A stretch of DNA of 64,000 bases from Acanthaster planci (lineage: Eukaryota): contig NW_019091356.1 in assembly GCF_001949145.1 (NCBI RefSeq), positions 2,116,932 through 2,180,931 on the forward strand, in the 5' to 3' direction. The position numbers and the translations under genes were made by a program. Positions 35,057-49,800 of the stretch are shown here, piece by piece. Numbering within the stretch: the first letter of the stretch is position 1; each line of letters opens with the position of its first letter. The notes beneath the pieces were generated by a model that was given only the letters and a program-made list of their open reading frames with translations, made no database searches and was not told the origin of the DNA.

Positions 35057-37875
35057 GTTCTTTGTGCAAAGCCTAACTTCCCCGCAGCACTTGGGACAGT
35101 ATGGTGGCCTTTTCTGCTGGTGTTTTCCTTTGTGGATGGTCTCTGTTTCATGTCATCTCATTGGCCTTTGCCATGTTTCGGTTTTGAATCGGCTTTAGTC
35201 GTGCAAAGTCGTGTACATGTACAGTGTACATGTATATGTGTCATCATTCTGGAATAACGGTAGGTGTTTCCCATACACTTGAGGTCGAGGAAGTGTATCA
35301 CGTATGTCTGTGGTAGCGCCCCCTAGAACACCACAAATAATTATGTTGTATGAGTTGCGGAAGCTGGCCTTTTTATTTGTCGTGGGTGGTCTCGTGTGAA
35401 ATGTTCAGAAGGATAAATTGCCTTAATGTTGCTATTCTATATTGCAAATTGATACAATTGTCATGTGCATGTACACCCGTGCTTATTTCACATGCCTTGT
35501 GTGGACATTACTTTGTTTTCTGTGGGCTAAGAAAACTTGAGAAAATGCCACTTTAACTCTCACTACAATAATCCCTCCAGAGATTTTGAAGATTGTTTCC
35601 TATACCGTTCCCCCTCATTATGATGTGCGCAACCCTGACCCCAAAATGCCTCTGAAGTTGTTTGTCAGAGAGGAGAAAACACCGTGTGGACAGGTGCGAG
35701 CCCATAACGTCCTCTAAAACTCTATTTTAAGTGGACGTCTGTCGTTCCGAGGTCCATACTTGCCACGCTTGTGCGTCTTTACGTGGACTGATACCCTATA
35801 AATGAAAGCGGCAATAGCTCGTGTTCCCATGACGACAACCAACCTACACCGCACAGATAGATGACGGAATATGTATATTGTTGAACGCGTCTCGTCAGTG
35901 AAGCTGTTCAAATGATCGAGTTAAACTTTAATTAGCTGTAAACAAATTCAAACATGCCCCAGGCGTGAAACCTCGTTGTAAGGAAAGTCAAAAGGCATGA
36001 TTCCCGTTTTTCTTTCAGAGGAAGGTAGTTTTGTACGGTCCAGTTGACAAGATGTCAACATAACGCAAGGACTGTGCCCAAGGCCGTGTTCTCGTTGTGC
36101 ATTATGCCCTTCGAACACCGTACTTTCGTTTTCTCACGGACAACAAACGTCAGCCTGCTGATTCCATGCACGGATGGATTGTGGAGGTGGATGGACCCAC
36201 TTATTACAGAAGTTTGAAAGTGGAACTGTTTCATCTGTTGTAAATAGTTCAAGTGGAGAGATGAAATCAAGAGCCTCCATGGTCCGACCATAGAACATGT
36301 TTCAACTGAGCGTTGCCGCGAATTGGTTTTCTCGGCAGTGTTTTGTGGCCTTTAAATTGCCGTGCTCGTTTCCCCGTACTTAAATAAATTCCTTAATGTT
36401 AGAGTTTTCATGGCCGTAATTAACCTCATAAAACGTCCACAATACTTATTAGTCCCGCAATATTAACTAATATTTTCTTATTATTTGGAAAAACTTAAAG
36501 CCTTCTGTACATCTTTACTTTGCAACAAGCAACAACAAAAAGAGATTTTATCTCGTCTGTACTGTGGCACTAAATACTTCATTCGTTGATCTCGATTTGA
36601 GATTGATTTCCTCCATGCATTTAGCACAGTAAGTTGAAAGTTCCAAAACGTATGATATGATTTATATTTATATTCAGTGCAACAAATTTAATCCAAATTC
36701 ACGAATTTACTCCAATTTAAGTTTTAAAAATTCACGTAGGCTACGCCTATGGTTTTACTTCTCTCGATTCGGCCAAAATATTGAGATTCAAACACTTCAA
36801 TCTATCAGGATTTATTGTTTGGTTTCTTTGCAGAAATGCTACAGTTTGTCGGCTTCTTGCGTCATAACACGGCGACTGCCAACTCTACCGGATAATCAAT
36901 TCACCGTGGTAGTTTTCCCCCAAAGCATGATGGGTAGGTGATCAGGAGCGGTGACCGGCCTTCAGTACATGTTGAAGTCCTACATGTATTGTGCGATAGT
37001 CGTGTACATGTACATGTCTGCAGCAAGTTGCGGAGGAAGACACCCAGCACGGCAGCTCGAATACGTTACTCGTATTTCTGTGTGAACACTCAAGCGGTTC
37101 CCACTTCACATCACAGGACGCAGTTGAAAAACGAGCGCCCTTCGGCCGACCCGGAGTAGAAGACGATTGGAAGGTGATGTAGGCGGTCATGGTGAAAACT
37201 GCGCTGGATGTGAACACTAATTAACGCCACGCACGACGAGTCATCTCTATCTCAAGACTGGGTGTCAATCCAGTGTTTGTTCAACGCTGTTCTGAAGATC
37301 TGTGTGTTTTTTTTTGTTGGACGAAAGCGTTAGGATGTAGGCCTAAACGACTTGAAGGGAGGACAACTTGCCATTGTCGGGGGGTCAGTCTGACCATTTT
37401 GACCAGAAGCCTACTCGGACCACCCTTCATACAACGGCAGTAGAGCAGAAAACCAAGTCAGACAAAGATCTCTCGAAAATCTCCTGTCTCGACACTTAAC
37501 TTGCCGAGTCTTTTGGTGCCCGTGGCAACATGCGAGGACCACATGCGTGAACGGCAGGCAAGGGCAACTCCTTAACAGTGGTGGCATTTCACCACCCACC
37601 CTGCGAAGAAAAACAAAACAAAACAAAGCCACACTGTCTTCGGGGTGCTGCGGTTTTCGGCCTGACAGACTGGTGTGGCTCTCAGGAATCTTTACTGCCA
37701 TCCCGGCAGTACCGAGGAGAAACTGAGAAATACTCGTTGAAAACGGCCGACTCACTCGGCCGAGGCAGGCGCTATTCTTGGAAACGCTTTAGACAGACAT
37801 CTTGCAGTCCAACATCGGTGACGTGACGGAGACTCTAACTAAGGACAAGCAACCTCGAAAATAAAACTCATTGAA

Positions 37876-40800
37876 ATGGAGTACAACCGGACGTGGGTCG
37901 GTCACCTTGCTGTGATATTATTCCTGGCCATTGCTGTTCTGGACGCTGTCGTTGCAAATGAGTGAGTAGGTTTTCCTTTCTGTGCTATGAGAGCAGAGCA
38001 GAGCAGAGCGGACAGCAGTAGTGTTTCAAATTAACCAAAGCCTGTTCATTTTAAAGACTAGCCTAATTATGCGACTTGCCTTGGCAGTTGCACGTTTGTT
38101 GTGACGGCCGGGACGTCCACAGCAAATTTTGAAGCTCTAAAATTCCCCATTGTTTATTGTGGTATTAGATCCCGTAGCACCGTATCTCCAAACTATATTG
38201 TGCTATGTACATGTGCTCCAGTGGTCTGGGCATTTTTTTTTAACAGGAAGTTCGCACGCATTTTTCCTTCCTGCATTTCCTGCATTCCATGGAGTACAGA
38301 GCCTGGATGGAGTAAAACCAAAATGGGTCATTTCTGAGGGTAAAAATACCCGCATGCTACAGAGGCGACACACTGCTCGTGCGAAGCAATCATGTCGCCC
38401 GAAAGCGACTTTCACTAATGCGCAGAACTCAGAATGCGCTTATCTCTTAAAAATCTGTCTGCGGGGTTTCAACACCTTTGTACCGAAGAGAACAATTTTG
38501 TGCATCCCACACCACGTGATGGCATTGAGCAAATTGAACGACATCCAGTATATACGGAGCGCTGTTTTTGTTGCTAAAGTGCAAGGTTGCATGCTTAATG
38601 AACTGGACATCTGAACACGTGCTAATAACAGATGGCTCCCTGACGAAAGGGAAATTTTGTTTTGAAGAAAAACACCTCGTTAGTTTTGTGCACATCTTTA
38701 TAATCAATTGGAAACAGCGCCTGCGGAAATCCAGAATTGTCGCCTTTCCAGCGCTGAGACGCTGAATGTCCCATTACACGGGTTTTATTTCCGCATCACA
38801 GTTGATCGATGTTTGATCGCTTTGCCTACTGAAGTCCGTTGAGACTCCTCGCGGATTTGACCTCACCTGGCTTATCCCTCGTGCAATACGAAGAATATTT
38901 CCAACGCTTCGAGTTGTCACTTTTGAAAGTCGTCAGACTACCCCTACCCCCCCCCCCCATCCCATGCTGGCGTCTTTCTCTCCAGCTCTTTCAGTCCCGT
39001 TTCAACGAAAGGACAAAGTTTTTTAATAAGCAATTCGCACAAACTGTCAAAAAATCACTCTTTCCAGATGAGACATTTAATAACAGAAAAGCACATATGT
39101 CAAGATGCCATGATTGGTTTTGGGAGGGGCGACTTGAGCAAACATGAATTGCCAAATAAAGGACACACTTCCTGAGTTTTTCTTCTGCATGCAAAATTCC
39201 GCATTCCTCTGGATTATTACACAGACTAAAAGTTCAGTGCTTGCCTATTTCTTGGTTGCGAATGTTTTGTTTTGCTCAACAGGGGATACCTCGTTGTGCA
39301 TCCGGAATATTTCCGGCCGGGAACCGAGGAGCACATCAGTGTCACCATCTTTGAGCCGAGCCAGCCCATCACCGTCCAGGCTAGGTTAGTCTTCAAGAAC
39401 GAAACGATTGCATCTACGGAACTCACCATCGTGGGTAAGGGCACAAAACTTCATGATCTTTCCCAAAATTTTCATGTACAATTTAGCAAACAGTAGTCGA
39501 TGTGATGAAACTTCTAAAAGAGGAGGAGTGAATATCCTCACAGTTTGTTCGGGATGTTTTGTGAAAACATTCGATGCCACCACAAAAAAGGGAGTCGTTG
39601 CACCCACAATATCCCACATGGCCTATAGTGGATGAAGCATTGGGTCATGATTTTACTCAACCCCTTCCCTAACGATCGAACTGTGTCTGGTTCACACTTT
39701 GGAGTGCCCAGATAAGTTGGTTTGAAGCGGAAGCCTTAGTGTGTCTTTCGTAACGCGCGATAAGTCCCACTCCAAATAAGAGAAAACCGACTGGGCTTAA
39801 TCTGAGACCACTTCACTCGAACAAATAAACTGCTAAGCTGGTGATGACTGTACAGGTTGGGTCTCATGATGATTTTCAACGGATTTATACCCGAGGTTTG
39901 CCGCGGCCTCAGAGTATAATGCGCATACATTTATAATCTTATTTGCACAGCCAAATGTTTGTGTGGTCTCTCGATTTAGTTTGCGATGATAAACGAAACC
40001 AAGGACGCTTGTGCCACTTTTGCCATTACGGACCTCCTGTGAAAGCACAGTTTCGTCAAACGCCGATGATTTCTCATCAGACCCACTTGCGTAGAAACCG
40101 TTTTCATTTCCCGTCATATTTGTACTTTTTCACCAGCATCGCAAAATCCGATCCTGTGGCTCCGTGTGCGAAGTTCACCCAGTGCTCGTTATGTTGCCTT
40201 GGCAACATAGCGGTGTATTTATTTTTTCTGGGGCCTTTTTTTCCCTTTAGCTCTGGTTCTGTTATTGAGAGAAAGGTCCAGTGTTCCGTTACATGTAGCA
40301 GGGTACACGGGGAGTTCAGCTCAGCTGTCACATCGTGTCAGATTGCCGGGGAGTTGAGGCCCGGTGACATTGACCTCTCGAGGTGCCACCGTGCCTCGTG
40401 GTGCGGATCAGCCCACATCCTTCAGCTGTGCGAGTACCCTCAGGTGGTGGGCCCAGGACTAAACCACGAGGTTGCTGCACTTACCTGACCAAAGTGGGCT
40501 GCGTTTATTAGATGCTCGAGCAACAGTGCCGATCTGTTGCCTGCCGCGTTAAAAGCTCGTCTTTGTCTTGGAAAACAGTATTTTACTTCGCGGTTATTGA
40601 AGAGTATACCTTTTCATCCGAAGTGAAAGCGGTTGTAATGACTATCTGAAGAAAACGAAGATTTTATTAAGAACTAAGATTAAATTCTCAAATTTGACAT
40701 TCACTTTGTTTTAGCCAGAAGGCAGTTACACACAAACGATAAACATTAACGTTATTCGAAACGACAGTGAAAATGAATTTGTCAATACGAAAACTTTGAA

Positions 40801-43800
40801 TTCCACGTTGACCACAGAGAATTCGAAACGTCTTTACTAAACTAAAGGGGAAACTTCCAGATTCTTTTATCAAGATTCAACCAACAGATCTGTTGCCTGC
40901 GTCTAATTTTTTTTTCATAAATATGGAAAACAGCTAATCTAGCCACACACAGTATTCATTAAATTTGTTTGTATTCTGTCTGGGAGAATTTTTGACTTGC
41001 GTTCAGAAACAGGAGGGTAACGAAACGAGGGCCAACCCCCCCTCAAAAAAATTGCGTTGCTTAACAATAAATAAAAGGCAAAGTTTTGGTCTGTTTCGTG
41101 TCCATTTTTCAAAAAGCGTATCAAAACCCAAAATCTAGCATCCCCCTCAGAAAGGCCATAAAAGGCTTCATGAAAAAAGTCACATTTTTCGGCCCCTCGC
41201 CCAACAAAATGAAATAAGTTGCCCACCCCCCGAAAATCTAGTGTTTTGCTTTCTAATTCTATGTCTTAATGTGAAGTTTCTGGAATTTGTCTTTCACCTT
41301 ACTTAAACAGTTGTCTTCTTCCCCTTCTTACGTAGGTAAAGGAAAGCTGAAGCTGCAGGTCAGTAAAAAAATGTTTTCCTTGGATCCATCAACGCTAGTT
41401 TGAAGTATGTAGTTTCAGACTTTGGACTCATCTTAACTGTAGGCCTGTATTAACTAGGTGTGTCCGGGCATTTCGGACATTTAGTTCAGAACCAGAACAT
41501 GTAATATGCTTTAAGTATGTCCTGGACTGAGATTTCGTTGCCAATTTGGACAACCTCTTTCCAAATCCAGACTTAAAACCTTGATTCCTCATTCCCCTTT
41601 TCCTTGTAGTTCAGATTATTCTAAATACTGCACAGGCGCAGTCTTTTCCGATTATTATTTGGGATGACGTCATTGTAACGCTTCCTAACAGCATCATTGT
41701 CGTCCTTCACTTTTTCTTACTGGAAACCGCAAAGTTGTCATTTCGCTTTAAATTCATCTCAGCGCGCGTTCCCTAGTCACGTTTCTTGAAACTGTTACCG
41801 AAAGCCCCAAATTAGCCCTCCCCCCTGCCTGGGGCTGTTGTCAGAGGCGAAGCCTGCATTGTGAACTTCTCGCAGTCTAAGAAAGACCAATGTTTACTTC
41901 AATCAGCGGTACTTAAAGGGGATTCCAGCTCATCGAAGGAGATGCTTTGCCGCGGCGCATCTTTGGCAATTGTCCCAGTTTTCTGCAGAGAGCCCAGCTT
42001 CAGGACTGCTCAGCCTCCGGCCTTGTTTGTTCGTTTGTGTAGCGCGCAGTGTCAACGCCCGTTAGTTTTCGGAATCATTAGTGACCGTGTCATTCAGCTT
42101 CAGAAATTGACTCGAATAGACGTAATTTTGGTTCCAAGAGTATGTCATTAATTGCTTAAAGTCGTGGACTCGTGTATGACTCGGCAAATAGGCATATACA
42201 CCGACTTTTATAAACACAGCTCCAAAGCTCTTAAAGTGTAGCTTCAACGATTTTTCTTCGACACAATTTTTTTTGCACCTTTGCACTTTTCTTCAGTGTA
42301 TGAATACTCTTACACACCTGTTTGGTTTAATGAATTGTAAAGTGCACACTTTTAAACGATCAAAATTATTCGTGTTTTCCCGGACAGCTGAGGGCACTTT
42401 TGCTGTGAAGTCATCTAGGCATAGGAAAGAAATGGTTCAATGTATGGGTATTTCTGTTCAAACTGAAAAGTTTGAATGTTACTAACTTAAAACATTTCTG
42501 AGAAAGGGATTGATGGTTTCTTATTGCCATGCTCATAAACAATAAAAAATCAGCAAAGAACAGAAAACTTAGTCCAGGAAATTCTACAAAAACGCGTACT
42601 TTTCTGTGTACAAAGCAGTGTAACCTTGAGGTTCCTTCCTCATTACAGTTTGCTCATGAATGTGGAAAGATACTTACGACACTTTTAGACGCTCTGTATG
42701 GTTATAAAAATAGAAAGGGCAAAAGCTCACTTTTTTCTCGGAAAATCTACACTCTGTAATTTGACGTAGTAAAGCCAATGGATCACATGTATGTAGAACG
42801 TAGAAGATATTACTTTGATTTAAAATAATATTAACTTAAGTTTACCTGTTTTATTTATGTTCCTCGTCGTCAGAAAATGTCATCATTTATTTGAATGTTC
42901 CGAGCAAAACTACGAAAAGTTTTCCCGCCATATTCCTTTTAGTCCACCAACCGAGTGAATAATAGTCGTTCCTCCCATCGTCATGATGCTGCGGTGAGAA
43001 AGGTCCTTTACACTTAACCTTTATTTCTCTCTTGGTACACTTTCAGGTACCAAGTGGTGTTAGAGGAAGGATAACGCTTGAGGTTTGCGGTAACTGTGAA
43101 ATTGGTGCCACTGGCTACCACTTCAAGAACTCCACAGATGTGGACGTTTCAGACAAGGGCACTTCGGTGTTTATTCAAACCGATAAGCCGGTCTATAAGC
43201 CATCGCAAAGAGGTAGGTATACGGTTCCCCGGACGGTGAATAAAAATCAGGGATAGGGGGCCCTTAGTGGTAAACTTAAAGCAATAGTGTGCCCATGCGC
43301 TGGGATTGGAAAACGAGTTTAAGGTCTGGGTACGTACAGCCGATATAACCCTGTCTACTTCATCTAGCCCACAATTCCATACACGCACACACAATACACG
43401 GGCTATCTTCCCTAGATAGCACTAAACAACTCATATTGTGGTTTTCGCCAAAGCAGCAACTGCAGAAGGAGTTTCTTCAGCAGATGCAAGCCTGCAAATG
43501 TCTCTTACCTTGGGGAATCCTACAAGACACTGAGGCAGCCCAGAAATGTTGCCGAAAATGACAGTGGGGAGTGGGTGTTTGAGCTTACTTGAGCTATCTC
43601 CGGTAGATAGCAGCTTATGGCGTGGCTTCCAGTTGGTCAATACAAAGCATCTTTGTGAGCTATCTTCAGTAGATAGCTTGAATGTCCCCCAAGCCTCTCT
43701 AGATACAGATTTTGTCCAATGTCCCTTTACTATAGAATCCCAATGTAAGTTATATCTCTTACAGCGTTTTACTCACTATTGATGATTGGAAGATTAGAAG

Positions 43801-46800
43801 ATTGATTGAATTACTTGAATAGGTACTTTTCTCCGATAGCCTGACAGACTTGTACCCGCTATGACAGTTAGGTGTGCTGTGAACTGCAAACCTGGTGATG
43901 AGCCAGTGTTTTATTTTGTGCAAAAAACTTAGCCACATGTAAATAACAAAATAAAATAGTGAAAGTGCGTACGTTCTGGGCACATCTTGGTAGTACCATA
44001 ATAGAGACTGCCTTCCAAAGTGTCTCTTCAAGAGTTTATCGGCTATCTTCAGTAGAAAGCACACCCAAAGGTATCTTGGTCAAAGTAATAATTAGTTATA
44101 TCTGTTCATCCAGCAGCACGTTTAGTGCCAATTACCGGATGAAGTGACAATTAAGGAGGCAATGAAGAAATGTTGAGTTTTAGAGGTGGGAGGAAAACCC
44201 AAGATAAATATTCCAGGGGAAGCACACGGAATCAGACAGGGACCGAAACCCTGCAGTCCACATGCTGATCCAGGTGGGATTTGAATTCGGATTACAGAGG
44301 TGGAAGGCAAGGAAAGAGCCACTACACCAACCTGACTCCCTGAATATAGTAGTCCATTTCTTTTTAGATATGAAATGCAATGTAAAGTACCTGTTGCTTT
44401 GTTTCTCCACCTGTTTCCAGTTTTTATCAACTTTATTATGACGGGGCCGGATCTTAGACCTAAGAATGAAAAGGTAGGAATGTCTGTAAAATTGATTGTG
44501 TCAACTTCATCGATTAGATTTGTTTAGATTATACTTTCTCAATGAATCTTACCTTATGATGGGTAGTTTGTACTCAAGCATGTCAAAAGGCGCATCATAC
44601 ATTTTTTCGAAGGCAGCTAGGTTTTGTTTCATTGCTGTTATTGCAGATGCTGGCATATATTGTGGACCCCCAAGGATCGAGAATGATACAGTGGAGAAAA
44701 CTTCAACCACTGTGCTGTGGTAAGGGAATTGTTTGCTACCTTGTTTTCTTGTTTCCATATTACTGTGCAGCATAAAGGTCACATGCTTATGAGGAATGTG
44801 ACCTTGACAGAAATTACCAATGGCCAAGTGTCATTTGCATAGGATTTTAAAATATGTACATGTATGTGCCTCTCTCCGTATAAACACCTTGCTTATTTTT
44901 TGTGAAAGAGTCTTGGAGTGTATCAAATTAAAGTCCATTTGACAATGTGTCAAGAACATCACTCTAGAGCAGAAGTTTATCACATAAACACAGAGCTGCT
45001 TGTTTATCACCTGTTCTCACAAATCACCTGAAAGTGTCTGGTATTTGTCCCGTTGCATGTGTATCTCTCAATCCTTGGGAAAAACACTCAAAAGCATTGG
45101 TTGTCAACGGAAGCTCTTTTGCCTTATCCCACCTCATTGCATGTAATACCATTGGCTGGCTGGTGGGGTCAGATGTGATTAGCGTTTCATATAAAAAAGT
45201 GATACCACTTCTGAGTGTTTACATTTAGAGTTTATAAACAAAACTGTACTTTCTCTGACACTGGGCATTAGATTCTTGCTAGCCCAGATATATGTTGCTG
45301 GCCTACTTTTGAAATCACTTTGTCGTCACATAATTGCATGTTACGTCGGGACATTTTCATAAATCATTTTGGTAGAGTGGCTGGTCGGAAATATGGGGTT
45401 TGGGGCATCGTGTGATCATGTTTTTTTTAATTGAAGTGGTCATTTTAAATATCTCGTTTTCTACTTACGAGATATTTCAAACTCTCAGTTGTATCTCTAC
45501 ATTTGATGTACTTTACAGCAATCGATAAAACTACCTGTATGTGTTTAACATATGTCATGCCACTTTTTTCTATTCCCAGGTATAATCAACACCAGCTTTC
45601 CATTGTCAGATCAGCCAATGCTTGGCGAGTGGTCCGTCTATGCTGAAGTGCAAGGCCACACATACAATAAAACATTTGAGGTTCAAAAATATGGTAAGTA
45701 CAATGCCACTTGCCCTCAGTAAATTTTATTGTCATACAAAAGGGTCCTACTTTTGCTTGTGTATTGCAACAGACATGACGAGCCAGTTTGATACAGTTTA
45801 ACAGCGCGTACACAAAATGAAGGATGTGATAGATTATAATTGGTTAATAATAAACATGCATGTGAAAGATCTGCCATCTCAGCATGGTGGGTCACCAAGT
45901 GCCAAGCACTAAACGTATTCAAGCTGGCTTGCATAATTTAAGAAAAATGTGTTCAAACATTGTTTGGCTGTTTTTCCTCTAGCTTACTTTTTAACCATGT
46001 TGTACTTGTTTGTGACAGTGTAAATTATCATGTGAAACTTGATACTTTTCTTCGTAGTGAATCTTTTTTTAAAAAAAGAAACAGACACTTCTTCAAAAAA
46101 GTCATATCATCACCAATTTCGTTAAATGGTAAGATAATTCCTCAACAAAAAATGCTCCCATCTGTGACTTAATGTTGATGAAATTGAAGGAAACACGTCA
46201 AACTTACAGCTGGTTTTTTTTAGAAGATAGCTAATTTAAAATATTTATCAGATGGTTTAATTCTCGTAGACTTGTAATTCCATCTCAGCAGTTGTTTCCT
46301 TCTAGGAGAAAAAACAACTTGATTAGGGCGTATTTCAGATTTCATTAGATAGTTTAACACCAGGACACGCATCCCATGAAAATTGGTCTCGACACACATG
46401 GAAAGTTTTCTGGCAAAAAAAAGTCTTGTCTCATCTTGACACTTAAGAGAAAAATATCCAGTGCCATCCCAAGTCGTCCCTCGTTTTGTTAATTTCCTAC
46501 TGGATACGGCTCATTTCCTTCTCTAATTATCAAGGAAACATTTTCGACCCTCCAAGCAGTCAGAGAAAATACCGACAAACACTTGTGTCACCCTACGCGA
46601 TAAACAGCTTTGTGTAACAACATTTCCGTGGTTGCCATTCGCTTAAGTGAGCTGCACCTCAGAGTAGTCAAGATGCGAAAAATTGAGCAGATGCCAGCCG
46701 TGGTCAAAGACCTTGTTTATCAGATTTCTGATCGCATGTAGTGGGGAAATTAGTGTAATGATTTTAGTTTCCAAAAGAAGAACTGACGATTTGTCAGTTG

Positions 46801-49800
46801 GTGTTTTCACTTGTAAAGTTGTGATTTTCCTCGAGAAAATCATGCCAGGAAATCAATGGTGGGTGTTTTTTTTCAAATTTTACCTTAACTCATCTTAGAA
46901 AAATCATCATAGAAAAAATTTTGCCCGGTTTCTGAGGTTGTTAATCTATTTCTTTCACATTGAAGACTTGATAATGATGCTTGGTTTATAACACAAAATT
47001 TGCATCTTCATCCATTTTTCATTTATTTTTTCAAACACTGAAATTAAAATGAATAAGATTCAAATGTCTCTGAAGATTCTCTACAACTGTTCATAATCTG
47101 TTTCTTGTGTTCTTTTCAAGTGATTATTGTCGGAGATTGCATGAGCTTTCTTCACATATTATGTCTTCTTTTGGATTATTGAGTTGAGTTTTCTGTTAAT
47201 CCCTTCTAAAATCTATTCGCTCATGTGTAATTTTATTCATGTACTCTCACAGGTTTTTCACACTATTACAGCAGATGAAAAAAGAGTTCAAAAGATTTTA
47301 GAAAGAATTTTACCTGATACCTCACATGACTGCACCCATCCCTTGAAAGTTCTGTTAAAATGTAGGTGGTAAAGCCAGGGAGGAAGGACGCAAACCCCTG
47401 GTAATTTGCCTTGCCAGAGAACTGGTCGAACATCTGGCTTGTTTCAGCATTGCGGAAGAGCTGTCATTGAACCACTTTGTTTTTGGTGGTTATCACAAAT
47501 GACAGAAGAAACCTGTCCATTATGTTAGAGCTTAGGTGTAGATCTCAACAGCTGGTCTTCCAGCTCAGCACTTGTAAATAATGTTGAAAGCTTTTAAGTG
47601 ACAACTGACACTTTGGATTACTTTGGAAGGCACATAGTTATTACTTTGAATTTTAGACATTGTGAACTTTGACTGATTGTCAGGTTAACTTGAATGGTGC
47701 AAAAATGTCAGTGACATTTCTCAATGTATTTGTTGTGTTTATTTCAGCTTGTAATGTATTGCCTCTTTGCTCTTAAATCAAAGTGTCAACTTTTTGATGT
47801 CCATTGTTACAGTTATGATTTCAACTATCAACAATTTTCGAAGGTCGAGGGGTTAATATAGAGGTTTTCTTATTTTTTTCAGTTTTACCCAGATTTGAAG
47901 TAATTATTGAACCACCCAGCTACATAGCAGACATCACAAAGTGTACGGAAGCTATAGTTAGAGCGAGGTGAGTGACATGCTGCAATATGTTCTAGTGAAA
48001 AGAAGAGAAAGCTTCCACAACAGGAGTTTGGGTCATTGACCTCCAAGGCCAATGTGCCACTTTAAATAAGGACCATATGTTTTCTCTTGTTGCTGTTCCT
48101 TTCAAAGGTCGCACAACTATAAAGTGAAAGCCATAAAATATGATTCATGCAAACAGGTTTGTCATTCATCAGAGTTTTCAAGCTCAAATGTCACTCCAGG
48201 GAGATCTTATGTTCTCAGCAGATGCATTATTTTTAATGCTTAAAACCCAGTTCAGTGTGTTCAACGAACAGTTGTACTTTAGTCACGTCACATACCACCT
48301 CATCTTCGTATGATTAATCAAACATCACATAAGTTTGTTTTAGAACCAGTAACTTAATTAAGCTGTACCCAAATAGTAGGCCTACATTGTTGTTTAGAAA
48401 TTTGACAGAAGATTGACCCGATCACTGATGGAAGATAGCCGCTGTCTGAATGGGGACCATCAATTGATCTGGGTCTACAGCACCTGTGTCATATTATGTA
48501 AATACTATTGAGTTGGTCTCAAGTCTTGGACCTTTTAATCTTTGTTCCAAAGTCACCCCCTTGTGTCTCAGCCCAGCTGATGTATTTATTTTTCCAACCA
48601 GTGCAAAGTTATGATGTTTTTGTCAACAACCGGACATGAAAGAATGCCGAATGTCTCTGTTGAAGCTTGACAGCTGTTGAACTTTGAGGCAAGGGTTCAG
48701 ACAGTTTCTGAACTGTGAAACAGTTACTCTGTATGTGGATTTCATGATGCTCAGTTGTTGACAAAGGGTTGACAAATTTCATGAAATGAGTTTACTATAG
48801 TCAGAGCTAATTTGGAACCAGCATATTGGAGATCAAAAATAAGTTGCCAAAATGTTTATCTCACCATCTCCACATATTTCTAAATAGCTTTTGCAAAGGG
48901 GTGAAGAATTACTATTTACCACACGAAATCTGAGATTGTGCTTAAAATGGTCTTGGCAGCACATAGCCTCATGCATGAAAATGGGGATGTCTTTTGTCAA
49001 AGAAGATTTAACAATATGTGAGAGTTCTAATTGATTGAGCTATTTCTTATCTGTTCCCCCCCAAAAAGGATTGTGTTAAGTAGCAAATCGTAATCATACC
49101 ATTGCCGTTGAGAAAAAAGTTGGGTAGTTCAGTTGGTTGATAACAGTGGAATTTTCAAGAATAAATCCCTGCATACTATGGCCCATTTTGCCTAGGCCTA
49201 TGTACAACTGACTGTAAAGTTCTGTATACAAGGACTTGCACCTGTCAGTATTTATCTTGTAGAGTCTGATTTACCCAAGGATGACAAGTCGTAGCCTGTG
49301 GAGTTCCTTGAACAATTTCATGAAGGACAAACAGATTTATTCCCATTCACGATTTATTTTATAAGCATATTTTTCCAGACTTTTTCAAGCATGTTTTTAT
49401 TTAGATATTTCCTCAGCTTTGAGCTATGCTTGTCCTATACTGATTGCATAATACCGTAGGTATAAATCTTAATTATATGATTCAGTGTACGTGTAATTGG
49501 GGCAAGGTTTTATTTAACCTTTCTTTTTTCCAAAAGTGGGTAGTTCTGTGTCTTTGCAGACTTTTAACTTTTAGAATTTCATTCAAAACAAGGTCACAAG
49601 GCTAAATGTTCAGCCCATAGTTGCTCGTTGATTGGATGATGATTTGCATATTTTTTAGTTTGCTTCTCCAAGTGCTAGATCTCTACTCCTGAGGGGTTGC
49701 AGGGAATGATAGATATCACATGTTCAGTTCACATATTTATTGTCATGTCCTGACAAAGAAAACAACCTGATTTCCTAGTTGTTGTTATCATGAGTGTGAA

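Larger units (their letters stand above)
27309..35976. repeat. Segmental duplication copy 2
   Basis: Colinear with 17391-24790; has an extra 30491-33210 segment and lacks the three copy-1 MITE insertions. Confidence 0.93.

Noticed and set aside
36942..37245. Minus-strand frame MTRRAWR*LVFTSSAVFTMTAYITFQ..., resembling a type II membrane protein start
   Set aside because: Early stop, no recognisable domain and no convincing splice partner.
40193..40206. RFX X-box-like palindrome gttgccttggcaac in CPAMD8 intron 2
   Set aside because: Single short motif far from the start codon; no supporting context.
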